The notes under the pieces are model-generated. The model did not search any database. It had not been told where the DNA came from and saw only the letters and a program-made list of their open reading frames with translations. 64,000 nucleotides of DNA from Candidatus Dormiibacterota bacterium (lineage in GTDB: Bacteria > Chloroflexota > Dormibacteria > Aeolococcales > Aeolococcaceae), in assembly GCA_963768105.1 (NCBI GenBank), contig CAVYGR010000008.1, forward strand, positions 233,023 to 297,022, written 5' to 3'. Position numbers and translations under genes: made by a program. Below, one piece after another: positions 26,787-35,581 of the stretch (positions are counted from its first letter, which is position 1; each line of letters begins with the position of its first letter).

Positions 26787-29700
26787 TCAGGCCGAGGCAG
26801 CCAGGAGTGCCTCACCAGCGCGCACGTACCGCGTCGCGCCAACCGAGCGATAGAAGCTGAGCGCGCGCCGGAGCTCGATGTCTCCCTCGCTGCGCCGGTT
26901 CTCCTTGATGAGGATCTCGGCGAGCCACAGCCGGTCGGGCGCCTCCGTGGCGACGGCGCCCATCTCTGCGCAGATGTCGGCCGCCTGTCGCAGGTCCCCC
27001 ATCGCGAAGCAATTTGTCGTCCTGGCCCATGGCGAATCGACGCCGGCGAGCAGCTGGGTGACGTCCTCCGCTCGCCCCAGGGCGGCTGCCGCCCACGCGA
27101 GGGTGTGCAGTTCGTCGACGACCTGGCCGATCGGCGTCCCGGACCGCAACTCGGCGAGGAGTTCGTCGAGCAAAGATCCGGCCCGCTCCTGATCGCCACA
27201 CTCGCAGAGCACGTGAGCGGATCCAGAAAACGCCTCGGCGAGGATCTGGGGGTCTTTTGCGAGGCGGGCAAGACCGATGGCGAGGTCGACATCGGAGAGT
27301 GCCCCGGCCGCATCGTCCCGTCCCAACCGGATCAGCGCCCGTGTCACGTAGCAGATCGCGGCGAAGTAGTGTGGCGAGCCCGCCTCCACCTCGGCGATGA
27401 TCGCGTCCACATCGGCGAGCGCTCGCTCCCAGTCGCCGAGTTGGTAGTGGACGCTGCCCAGTCCACCTCGCAGCCACCGGCCGTACGCCACCTGTCCAAA
27501 ACGCGCGACCGCGTCCTCCACCTCCGCCCAGCATGAGAGCGCGCGCTGCAGGTCGCCGCGCGTCCAATACCAGCCGGCCAGGTTGTTGGTTGCACGGCAA
27601 ATCTCAAACGGAGCCTGCGCTTCCGTCGCAATTGCCGCGCTCCGCCGGAGGTCCTCGGCGCCGTCAGGATCGCCCATGAACATCTTTGCGCCGCCGATGA
27701 TGTTCAGTGCGTGGGCACGCAATCGCCGAGACCGAATTGCTCTGCCATCGCGAGCGCTTCGCGTCCGAGCTGGATCGCGTCGGCGGTCTCACCGGCGATC
27801 AGGAACCGGCTTGCGGCGCTGCAGGTCACGTACGCCTTGGCTCGCGAGGGCTCGAGGTCGCTGACGAGCCGGCGTGCCTCCGTCAACGCCTGGAACGAGC
27901 GGTCCCGATCGCCGCGAAACCAGTGCAGCTCGCTGAGCACCGCCTCGGCTTCCGCGGCGGTCTCTCGATCGCCGCAGGCGAGCAACTCGCCGCACACGCC
28001 GCGGCAATCCCCTCGAGATCGACATCACCCGGCGAGATACCGCGTGCGAGCGAGCTTGAACAGCAGATGCGCCCGGTCCAGGCGAATCGGCCGCCGCGAG
28101 CTCCAGGCCGGATCGGTAGAAGCGGATCGAGCTCGCGTAAGCGTTGAGCGCGAAGGCCCGGTCGCCCGCCTCGCGCAGGCTGTCCGAGCGCGGACGCGGC
28201 AAGGGCTGCGTCCGGCGGCTCGCCCGCCGCGCGGCAGAGCTCGAGCGCGCTCAGGTAGTGGTGCGCGAGCATCTCCGCGTGGTCCTCGCTGCGGCCCGAG
28301 CGACCCGATCCACTCCGCCGCCAGACGATGCTTGGCGGCACGCCGGCTGCGCGGGATCTGCCCATAGGCGACGTCGCGGACCAGCACGTGCAGGAACGCG
28401 TATTCGGCCTCGTTCGCCACCGAGAGTCCGGCGCGCGCGCTGCACGAAGTCCTTGCGCTCGAGCGCGTGCAGTTGCGTCTCAGCTGCCTGCCGCTCCAAC
28501 CCGCCGATCTGCGCGACGGCGCCCAGCCAGAACACCTTGCCCATCACCGCCGCGTTGTGGAGCAGGCGTCTTCTCCTCGTCCGGCAGGGCGTCGAGCCGC
28601 GCGGCGATGATGCCCTGCACGGTTCCGGGCAGCGGCAGTGTCCTCGGATCCCCGCGCTCCGCGAGCATGCGGACGTACTGCTCCGCGTACAGCGGGTTGC
28701 CGCCGGCGTGCGCGAGCAGCGCCTGCTGCGTCTCCGCGGCGATCACCGGTCGCTCGCACGAGCCTGTTGATCAGGTGCGCGGTCTCGTCGTCGGACAGCG
28801 GTGCGAGCGAGAGCGGTGGTTGCGTTGCGTTTGCCGCCGCCCCATCCCGGGCGACGTTCCAGCAGTTCCGGCCGCGTGGTGCAGATGACGAGCATCGGCA
28901 CGCCGCCGGCCCAGTCGACGAGATACTCGATGAAGTCGAGCAGGTTGTCGTCCGCCCAGTGCAGGTCCTCGAAGACGAGCACCAGCGGACGCCGCTCGGC
29001 GAGCGCCTCGAAGAAATCGCCGCCACGCGGTGAAGGTCTCGTCGCGGCGATCCATCCCGGCGTCGCCCTCGCCGGCGAGCCCGGCGAGCGGTCGCAGATG
29101 CGCCTCGATCCACTGCGCGTCGTCTGGATCGCGGGATCGCCTCGGCGACGGACGCCCGCAGCTTCGCGCCGGCCTGCTCGGGCGAGTCGGTGTCCAGGAT
29201 TCCCGCCTGCGCCTTGACCATCTCGGCGAGCGCCCAGAAGGTGACCCCGTCGCCGTACGGCAGCGAGCGACCCTGCCGCCAGCACGATCAGTGCGCTCGG
29301 GCTCCGCATCGACGCGCAGGAACAGCTCGGCGACCAGACGGCTCTTGCCGATACCCGGGACCCCGACGATGGTCACGCAGTTGCGGTGTGCGTTCGTCAC
29401 GCACCCGTGCGAGCGCGTCCGACAGCGCACCGAGCTCGCGCGTCGCGGCCGACCAACGGCGTGTGCCGCGCGGACGCGAGGTCGACCCCGTACCGCGAGC
29501 GCGCCTCGACCGCCTCCCAGACCGGGATCAGCTCTGCCTTGCCCTTGGCAGCCACCGGCTCGGCCGCGCGATACGTGATCACCTGCGACGTGGCGTGGTA
29601 GGTCGCCTCCCCCACCAGGACGCCGTTGACCGGCGCCGCGCGCCTGCAGGCGCGCCGTCGTGTTGACCACGTCCCCCGAGGCCATGCCCTCGCCCTGGGT

Positions 29701-30135
29701 GGGACGGGCGCCGAGCGCCACCAGCGCCTCGCCGGTGTTGACGGCGATGCGCAGCTGCAACTCCGCCTCCTTGGTGAGCACCCAATCGCGGATCGCCAGG
29801 GCCGCCCGCACCGCCCGCTCGGGATCGTCCTCGTGGGCGACGGGTGCCCCGAACAAGGCCATCACGGCGTCGCCGATGAACTTCTCGACGGTCCCCCCGA
29901 AGCGCTCCAGCTCGGCGCGCAGCCGCGCGTAGTACGGGGAGAGCAGGGCGCGCACATCCTCGGGATCGAGCTGCTCCGAGCGAGACGTGAACCCGACCAG
30001 GTCGGCGAACAGCACCGTCACGATCTTGCGTTCCTCGCGCGCTGCGGTGCCGGGCTCGTCCATGGGCGTCGCGCACGCAGAGCAGAAACGCGCCCCCGAC
30101 TGGTTCTCGTGCCCGCAGGCAGGACAGCGGGTCAT
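26787..30135 (-). pseudogene. Zn-ribbon / class III nucleotide cyclase / AAA(STAND) ATPase / TPR protein, shattered by a dozen or more frame breaks
   Basis: Collinear with the paralog at 35582..38907 but spread over at least 10 ORF-track pieces in alternating frames. Examples: MTRCPACGHENQSGARFCSACA...KIVTVLFADLVGFT (28771..30252 frame), YGVDLASARHTPLVGRD (29397..29615), VTIVGVPGIGKSRLVAELF, MVKAQAGILDTD (28544..29221), LVLVFEDLHWADDNLLDFIEYLVDWAGGVPMLVICTTRPE (28743..29309), GGNPLYAEQYVRMLAE (28480..28746). The last 311 aa (TPR region, 26787..27722) are intact. Confidence 0.8.
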
Positions 30136-30176
30136 CCGCGAGAGCGTACGCCGATGTGGAGGTGCACGAAAACGGC

Positions 30177-32825
30177 TCAGCCGGACGTGAGCGCGTAGTC
30201 GATAGCCTGGTCCAGATCCATGGCAGCTCCCTCTCGCCAGGCAGCGGCCCACACACTTTCGGCGCAGCCGGCGCGCGCGGCATCCAGGTGGCGTTGATGG
30301 ATGCCGGAATCGGCGGAGGTGGGGTCGCGACGTAGAAACGCGCGGTGGGTATGCGCAGCACCAGCCATACGGGCGGCAGCGGGAGCATCGCCTTGAGCAG
30401 CCGCGACGCCGGCCAGTGCAAACAGCGACACGATGGCGTACCCCTTGTGTCCCAGCTCACGAGACAAAGCAAGCGCCTCTCGGAGCAGGCCCCTGGACTC
30501 GTCGTACCGTTCCTGCGCCAGCGCGACCCATCCGAGGTCCGCGAGCGCAAAGCTGAGGTGCCGCTTGTCGCCAATTGAGCGGGCCAGGTCCAAGCCTTCC
30601 GAGATCAACGCCAGTGCGCGGTCGTTGTCGCCGGCCATGAAGGCCATTTCGCCGAGATTCACCAGGGACAGCGCGATGCGGGAAACGTCGCCGAGGTCCT
30701 TGCGCAGCAAGTAGCCCTGCTCATACATCGCCGTTGCGCGTGCGTTGTCGCCGGCGATGCGCGCAACCTCGCCGAGGTTGTTGTAGGCGACCGCTAACGT
30801 GTACTGGTCACCCGCCAGACGCGCCGCGGCGACTGCCTCCTCCCCGAGGGCGAGCGATTCGTCCAGATCATCCTCCGACTGGTACACCGACAGATGGGTC
30901 GCGGCAGTCGCCACGTCCTCCTGTGAGCCCGTCTGACGCGCGCACGCCAGGCTCTCTTTGATCATTGCGAACGAGTCGCTGTTGGCACCCTGCTCGCCGG
31001 CAAGGTATCCGGCGCCGTCGAGGGCTTTGGCTCGCGCCCTGGTCGCCGACGGATCCGCCACGGCGAGTGCCCGGCTCAGCCATCGCCTGCCCTCGCTCAC
31101 ATGGCCGCGCATGTACCAGAACATCCACAGAGCGGCGGACAACCGCAGGGCGACCTCCGGCTCACCGTTGCCGAGCGCCCACTCCAGACTCCCCCGCAGG
31201 TTGTCGTGCTCGGCCTCGAGCCGCGTGAGCCAGGTGCCCTGGTGTCGCCGCTTGAGCTCGGGCTCGGCACGCTCGGCCAGCTCCAGAAAATACAGCGCGC
31301 GCTTGCGCTCGAGTGTGTCGGCGGCGCCACTCTCCTCGAGCCGCTCGCGCGCGAACTCTCGAATGGTCTCCAGCATCGTGTAGCGGCGCTCGGCGCCCGC
31401 GTGCTCCTCGGCGCGCAGCAGGCTCTTGTCGACCAGTGACGCCAGCGTCTCGAGATTCGACCCGCAGACCTCCTCCGCAGCGGCAAGCTCACACCCGCCG
31501 TTGAAAACGGCGAGAGATGCAAGCAGACGCTGCTCGGGTTCGGTCAGCAGCTGATAGCTCCACTCGATCGTCGCTCGCAACGTGCGCTGCCGTTCCGGGG
31601 CGTCGCGCGCCCCGCCGACCAGCAACGGCAGGCGCTGCTGAAGCCGATCCAGCAGCTTGTCCAACGAGAGGAGCTTCGTCCATGCCGCCGCAAGCTCGAC
31701 TGCGAGCGGCAGCCGATCGACGCGCGTGCAGATCGCCTCGACCGTGGGACGCGTCTGTGCGCCAAGCGCGAACGCCGGCCGCAGCGCGTGGACGCGCTCC
31801 ACGAACATGACAACCGCCTCGTCGATGAGCAGCGATTCGACCGCGTACTCGTGCTCCGCGCCCAGACGCATCGGCTCGCGGCTGGTGATGAGCAGCGTGA
31901 CGTCGGGGAAGGCGGCCGAGAGCCGGGCGAGGGTCGCGGCGGCCGCCGGCAGCAGATGCTCCACGTTGTCGATCACGAGCAGCATGTGCTTTGCCTGCAA
32001 ATGGCTTTCGAGCGCTTGCTCCACCGTCTCGCCGGAGGCTTCGCGCAGTCCGAGCGCGCGTGCGATGGTCCCGATCAGGAGCCCCGGATCAGTCAGCGCC
32101 GCGACACTGACGAACCACACCCCGTCGCGATACGCATCGACGAGCTCGGCCGCCGCCTGCAACCCCAGGCGCGTCTTGCCGCTGCCGCCCGGCCCCGTCA
32201 GCGTGAGCATGCGCACGTCATCCCGCCTGACCATTGCGAGCACCTCGGTGAGCTCGAGCGTGCGGCCCAGGAACGGCGTCGGCTGTATGGGCAGGTTCGT
32301 CTGGTTGAGACTCCGCAGCGGCGGGAAGGCCTCGTCGCCGAGTTGGAAGATCCGCTCCGCGGCCTGCAGATCCTTGAGCCTGTGAAGGCCGAGGTCACGC
32401 ACCGCGACGCCGTCGTCGAGCAGCCTCGTGGTCGGCTCGGAGAGCAGGACCTGACCGCCGTGACCGGCCGCGGCGATGCGCGCGGTGCGGTGGACGTCGA
32501 TCCCCGCATACCCTTCATCGGTCAGCAGCGGCTCGCCGGTGTGCAACCCCATGCGAACCCGGAGCGGTCCCCCCAGCAGCGCCCGCTGCCCCTCGGCGGC
32601 GGCCACGACCGCGTGCTTCGCGCCGGCGAATGCGTAGAAGAACGCATCGCCCTGCGTGTCGACCTCAAATCCACCGTGCGCCGCGAATGCGCTGCGGAGC
32701 AGGCGGCGGTGCTCAGCCAGCGCCTGGACGTAGCCCTCGCCCAGGGTCTGGAGGAGCTTCGTCGATCCCTCGACGTCCGTAAACAGGAACGTGACCGTGC
32801 CGACGGGACGAGCTGGTCGGGTCAT
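30177..32825 (-). CDS. Class III nucleotide cyclase-homology domain fused to STAND (NB-ARC-like) ATPase and TPR array
   Basis: Cyclase domain: GTVTFLFTDVEGSTKLL, DTQGDAFFYAF, RMGLHTGEP. Walker A: LTLTGPGGSGKTRLGLQAA. The C-terminal TPR-like repeats are rich in YNNLGEVA / LVNLGEMA motifs. It is an uninterrupted 882 aa. Confidence 0.85.
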   Translation of the reverse strand: MTRPARPVGTVTFLFTDVEGSTKLLQTLGEGYVQALAEHRRLLRSAFAAHGGFEVDTQGDAFFYAFAGAKHAVVAAAEGQRALLGGPLRVRMGLHTGEPLLTDEGYAGIDVHRTARIAAAGHGGQVLLSEPTTRLLDDGVAVRDLGLHRLKDLQAAERIFQLGDEAFPPLRSLNQTNLPIQPTPFLGRTLELTEVLAMVRRDDVRMLTLTGPGGSGKTRLGLQAAAELVDAYRDGVWFVSVAALTDPGLLIGTIARALGLREASGETVEQALESHLQAKHMLLVIDNVEHLLPAAAATLARLSAAFPDVTLLITSREPMRLGAEHEYAVESLLIDEAVVMFVERVHALRPAFALGAQTRPTVEAICTRVDRLPLAVELAAAWTKLLSLDKLLDRLQQRLPLLVGGARDAPERQRTLRATIEWSYQLLTEPEQRLLASLAVFNGGCELAAAEEVCGSNLETLASLVDKSLLRAEEHAGAERRYTMLETIREFARERLEESGAADTLERKRALYFLELAERAEPELKRRHQGTWLTRLEAEHDNLRGSLEWALGNGEPEVALRLSAALWMFWYMRGHVSEGRRWLSRALAVADPSATRARAKALDGAGYLAGEQGANSDSFAMIKESLACARQTGSQEDVATAATHLSVYQSEDDLDESLALGEEAVAAARLAGDQYTLAVAYNNLGEVARIAGDNARATAMYEQGYLLRKDLGDVSRIALSLVNLGEMAFMAGDNDRALALISEGLDLARSIGDKRHLSFALADLGWVALAQERYDESRGLLREALALSRELGHKGYAIVSLFALAGVAAAQGDAPAAARMAGAAHTHRAFLRRDPTSADSGIHQRHLDAARAGCAESVWAAAWREGAAMDLDQAIDYALTSG

Positions 32826-32876
32826 TCGCGTGTCGTCTTCCAGGACTCCGCGGCCGCAGGACCGGGCGTCCTGCGG

Positions 32877-33104
32877 TCAGCGCGTTACCGGGTCGCTCTC
32901 GTGGGCTTCGGCGGCGATGGTGATGTCGATCCGCTCGCCACACGTGGGGCACTCGGCCGGCCGCTGGATCAGCCGCCGATGACCGTCCGGGGCCTTGCCA
33001 TCGGTGATCAACACGGCGACCGTGCTGCTGCATCCGAGGCAGTCGTACGCGAGATGCATCGCGCTCACCCGGCTGCCGACCAGGGTGACGTCGTCATCCA
33101 TCAT
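32877..33104 (-). CDS. Small stand-alone zinc-ribbon protein (75 aa)
   Basis: ATG at 33104 with GGAGGA 6 nt upstream. It reads MMDDDVTLVGSRVSAMHLAYDCLGCSS...AECPTCGERIDI, with two CxxC pairs. It lies 51 nt upstream of, and co-oriented with, the intact cyclase-STAND gene. Confidence 0.5.
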   Translation of the reverse strand: MMDDDVTLVGSRVSAMHLAYDCLGCSSTVAVLITDGKAPDGHRRLIQRPAECPTCGERIDITIAAEAHESDPVTR

Positions 33105-33250
33105 CACCAGTCCTCCGTGACTCCCGTTGTGGGATCGGGGCAATGCTGGCACGACGCAGCCCGAAGCGCCATCTCCTTGACCATGGCATGAGCAGATGGT
33201 CATTGTTGGCGCCACGGTCGCTCGCGACCACCACAGGAAGGGGATGACGC

Positions 33251-34432
33251 ATGAAACGAGGCAGCACCATCGGTGCAGCCGCGGGACTGCTCGCCGTCAC
33301 CGCGACCGGGCTGGTCCTCGCGGGGCCGGCCTTCGCTGCAACGGGTGCCATCTACGAATGGGGGAAGCCGGTCGCGACCGGAGGGCCCGGCCCCTACCCG
33401 ACCGTCGATCAGACCTTCGCCGGCGCCGTCCAGATCGACGCCGGCAATGCGTCGGACCTCGTCGTCCTCTCCGATGGCACCGTCTGGGGCTGGGGCTTCA
33501 CCGAGGTCGGCGCCCGCTCGATGACGGCGGTCCAGATTCCCGGGCTGCAGCACGTGATCCAGCGCCCGGTGGACGGCAACCACGATTTCGCCGCGCTCGA
33601 ACAGCCCGGCGGCAACGCGTCGTGCCCGGGATCCTCGACCGTCATGACCTGGGGCCTCAACGGCGCCGGTGACCTCGGCCTCGGCGACAGCCATTTCACC
33701 CACGTTTACGCGACGGCGCAGGACGTCAAGGCGCTCGATTGCCAGAACGTCGTCCAGCTCGCCGCGGCCAACGCCCACATGCTCGCGCTCACCGCCACAG
33801 GGAACGTCTATGTGTGGGGCGGCGGTGGCGCCGACCTCGGCCTGGGCCCGAGCGTCCTGCGGGAGATCTCGCCCACGCTCAACACGGCAGCGTCGGCACT
33901 GACCGGTGGGACCTCAGCCGGCGTCGTGATCACCGCCGGGGTGGCGGAGGGCGGGCTGCTGGCCGGCGGCCAGGCGTACTCGTGGGGCAGCAATGCCTTC
34001 GGGCAGTGTGGGTGCGGCTCGACCGCCGCGGCGATCTACACGCCCACCGCGGTCAGCCAGGGATCGGTGAGCTTCAGCTGGATCGACCAGGGAGGCAACT
34101 ACGACGACCAGAACGGCCATGAGCTCGCGCTCACGTCGGCGGGTGCGGTGTGGGCGTGGGGCGACGGCGCCCAGGGCCAGCTCGGCACCGGCGGGACCAC
34201 GAGCAGCAACGTCCCGGTCGCGGTCTCGGGGCTGACCAGCGGGATCGTCGACGTCCGGGCCGGTGGCGAACACTCGATGGCCCTGGACTCCGCCGGCAAC
34301 GTCTGGGCCTGGGGCAGCAACGGGAACGGTCAGATCGGCAATCGGGGCAAGAACCAGCTCGTGCCGGCCAAGGTCCTCACCGGCATCACCGAGATATCCG
34401 CCGGCTCGCTGCACTCGCTGGCGCTCGGATGA
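33251..34432 (+). CDS. Secreted RCC1-repeat (alpha-tubulin-suppressor-like) beta-propeller protein
   Basis: The signal peptide is MKRGSTIGAAAGLLAVTATGLVLAGPAFAA. Repeated motifs include WGWG/VWGGG, GQCGCGS, GDGAQGQLGTGG and WGSNGNGQIGN, typical of RCC1 blades. Confidence 0.8.
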   Translation: MKRGSTIGAAAGLLAVTATGLVLAGPAFAATGAIYEWGKPVATGGPGPYPTVDQTFAGAVQIDAGNASDLVVLSDGTVWGWGFTEVGARSMTAVQIPGLQHVIQRPVDGNHDFAALEQPGGNASCPGSSTVMTWGLNGAGDLGLGDSHFTHVYATAQDVKALDCQNVVQLAAANAHMLALTATGNVYVWGGGGADLGLGPSVLREISPTLNTAASALTGGTSAGVVITAGVAEGGLLAGGQAYSWGSNAFGQCGCGSTAAAIYTPTAVSQGSVSFSWIDQGGNYDDQNGHELALTSAGAVWAWGDGAQGQLGTGGTTSSNVPVAVSGLTSGIVDVRAGGEHSMALDSAGNVWAWGSNGNGQIGNRGKNQLVPAKVLTGITEISAGSLHSLALG

Positions 34433-35538
34433 TGCGCGGCTCGATGGGCTGCGCGGCGCTCGCGGTCTGCCTCGGGACGATCGGCGGTTTTCCTATGAAC
34501 GCCGGCGCCAGCGGTCCAAGCGTGTACGAATGGGGCAGACCGGTGGCCCCGGGCGGCCCGGGGAAGCTACCCGCGGTGGACCAGACATCGAGCACCCTCG
34601 TCACCATCGACGCGGGTAACTTCGGCGACGTCCTCGTCGTCAGCGACGGCACGGTCTGGAGCTGGGGCATCACCTCCATGACGCTCACGCAGGTCCCCGG
34701 AGTGACGAAGGTGGTCCAGCGTCCCGTCGATGGCAACGGGACTTTCACGGCCATTGAGCAGCCCGGCGCGGATGCAGCGTGCCCGACGTCGACCACCGTG
34801 GTTCATTGGGGAAAGCAGCAAGCCCCCGCGGTGGTGAACCAACTGAACTGTCAGAACGTCGTCCAGGTCGCCGAGGCGGCGGGGCACACCTTCGCGCTCA
34901 CGTCGACCGGACAGGTCTACGTCTGGGGCGGCGGCGGGGATGCGCTCGGCCTCGGGTCGGGCGTCACGTCGGAGAAGAATCCCACGTTGAACCCGACGCT
35001 GACGGCGCTCACCCACGGCACGTCGTCGGGTGTGGTCATCACCACGGGCATGACCATGGGCGGCATCCTCGTCAACGGGCTGGCGTGGTCGTGGGGCAAC
35101 AACCAGTACGGGCAGTGCGGTTGTGGCAGCACCGCCGCGCAGATCGCCTCGCCGACGCCGGTCAACCAGGGTGCAACTCGCTACACGTGGATCGACCAGG
35201 GCGGCAACCTCACGAATGACGGCCACGAGCTAGCGCTCGACGGGACCGGCGCCGTCTGGGCGTGGGGCGATAACGCCGGCGGGCAGTTGGGCATCGGTTC
35301 GAGGACCAACAGCAACGTTCCGGTCGCGGTCACCGGACTGCCGGCGGGGATCGTGGACGTTCGCGCCGGCGGTCAGCACTCGCTGGCGCTCGACAATGCC
35401 GGAAACGTCTGGGCCTGGGGTGCCAACCAGTACGGCCAGGTCGGGAATGGCACGACCACGAACGTCCTGCTGCCTGTCAAGGTCCTGTCTGGCGTCACCC
35501 AGATCTCGGCCGGCTCCTTCCACTCCCTCGCCGCCTGA
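34429..35538 (+). CDS. Secreted RCC1-repeat beta-propeller protein (tandem paralog)
   Basis: The start MMRGSMGCAALAVCLGTIGG at 34429 overlaps the upstream TGA (ATGA). It shares the blade motifs of the first copy (GQCGCGS, GDNAGGQLGIGS, WGANQYGQVGNG). The longer ORF from 34150 is an out-of-frame extension through the upstream gene. Confidence 0.8.
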   Translation: MMRGSMGCAALAVCLGTIGGFPMNAGASGPSVYEWGRPVAPGGPGKLPAVDQTSSTLVTIDAGNFGDVLVVSDGTVWSWGITSMTLTQVPGVTKVVQRPVDGNGTFTAIEQPGADAACPTSTTVVHWGKQQAPAVVNQLNCQNVVQVAEAAGHTFALTSTGQVYVWGGGGDALGLGSGVTSEKNPTLNPTLTALTHGTSSGVVITTGMTMGGILVNGLAWSWGNNQYGQCGCGSTAAQIASPTPVNQGATRYTWIDQGGNLTNDGHELALDGTGAVWAWGDNAGGQLGIGSRTNSNVPVAVTGLPAGIVDVRAGGQHSLALDNAGNVWAWGANQYGQVGNGTTTNVLLPVKVLSGVTQISAGSFHSLAA

Positions 35539-35581
35539 TCGCGCCTGCTGCGCCGTCGACCCGGTCGCACCAGCGACCCGC

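Noticed and set aside
31788-33191. 467-aa plus-strand ORF antisense to the intact cyclase-STAND gene
   Set aside because: It has no motifs and an Arg/Asp/Glu/Gly-rich composition, whereas the opposite strand carries clear cyclase, Walker A and TPR signatures.
34150-34428. Upstream extension of the second RCC1 gene in the ORF track (start at 34150)
   Set aside because: The extension is an Arg/Gly-rich out-of-frame reading through the 3' end of the first RCC1 gene. The signal peptide, and an ATGA stop/start overlap, begin at 34429.
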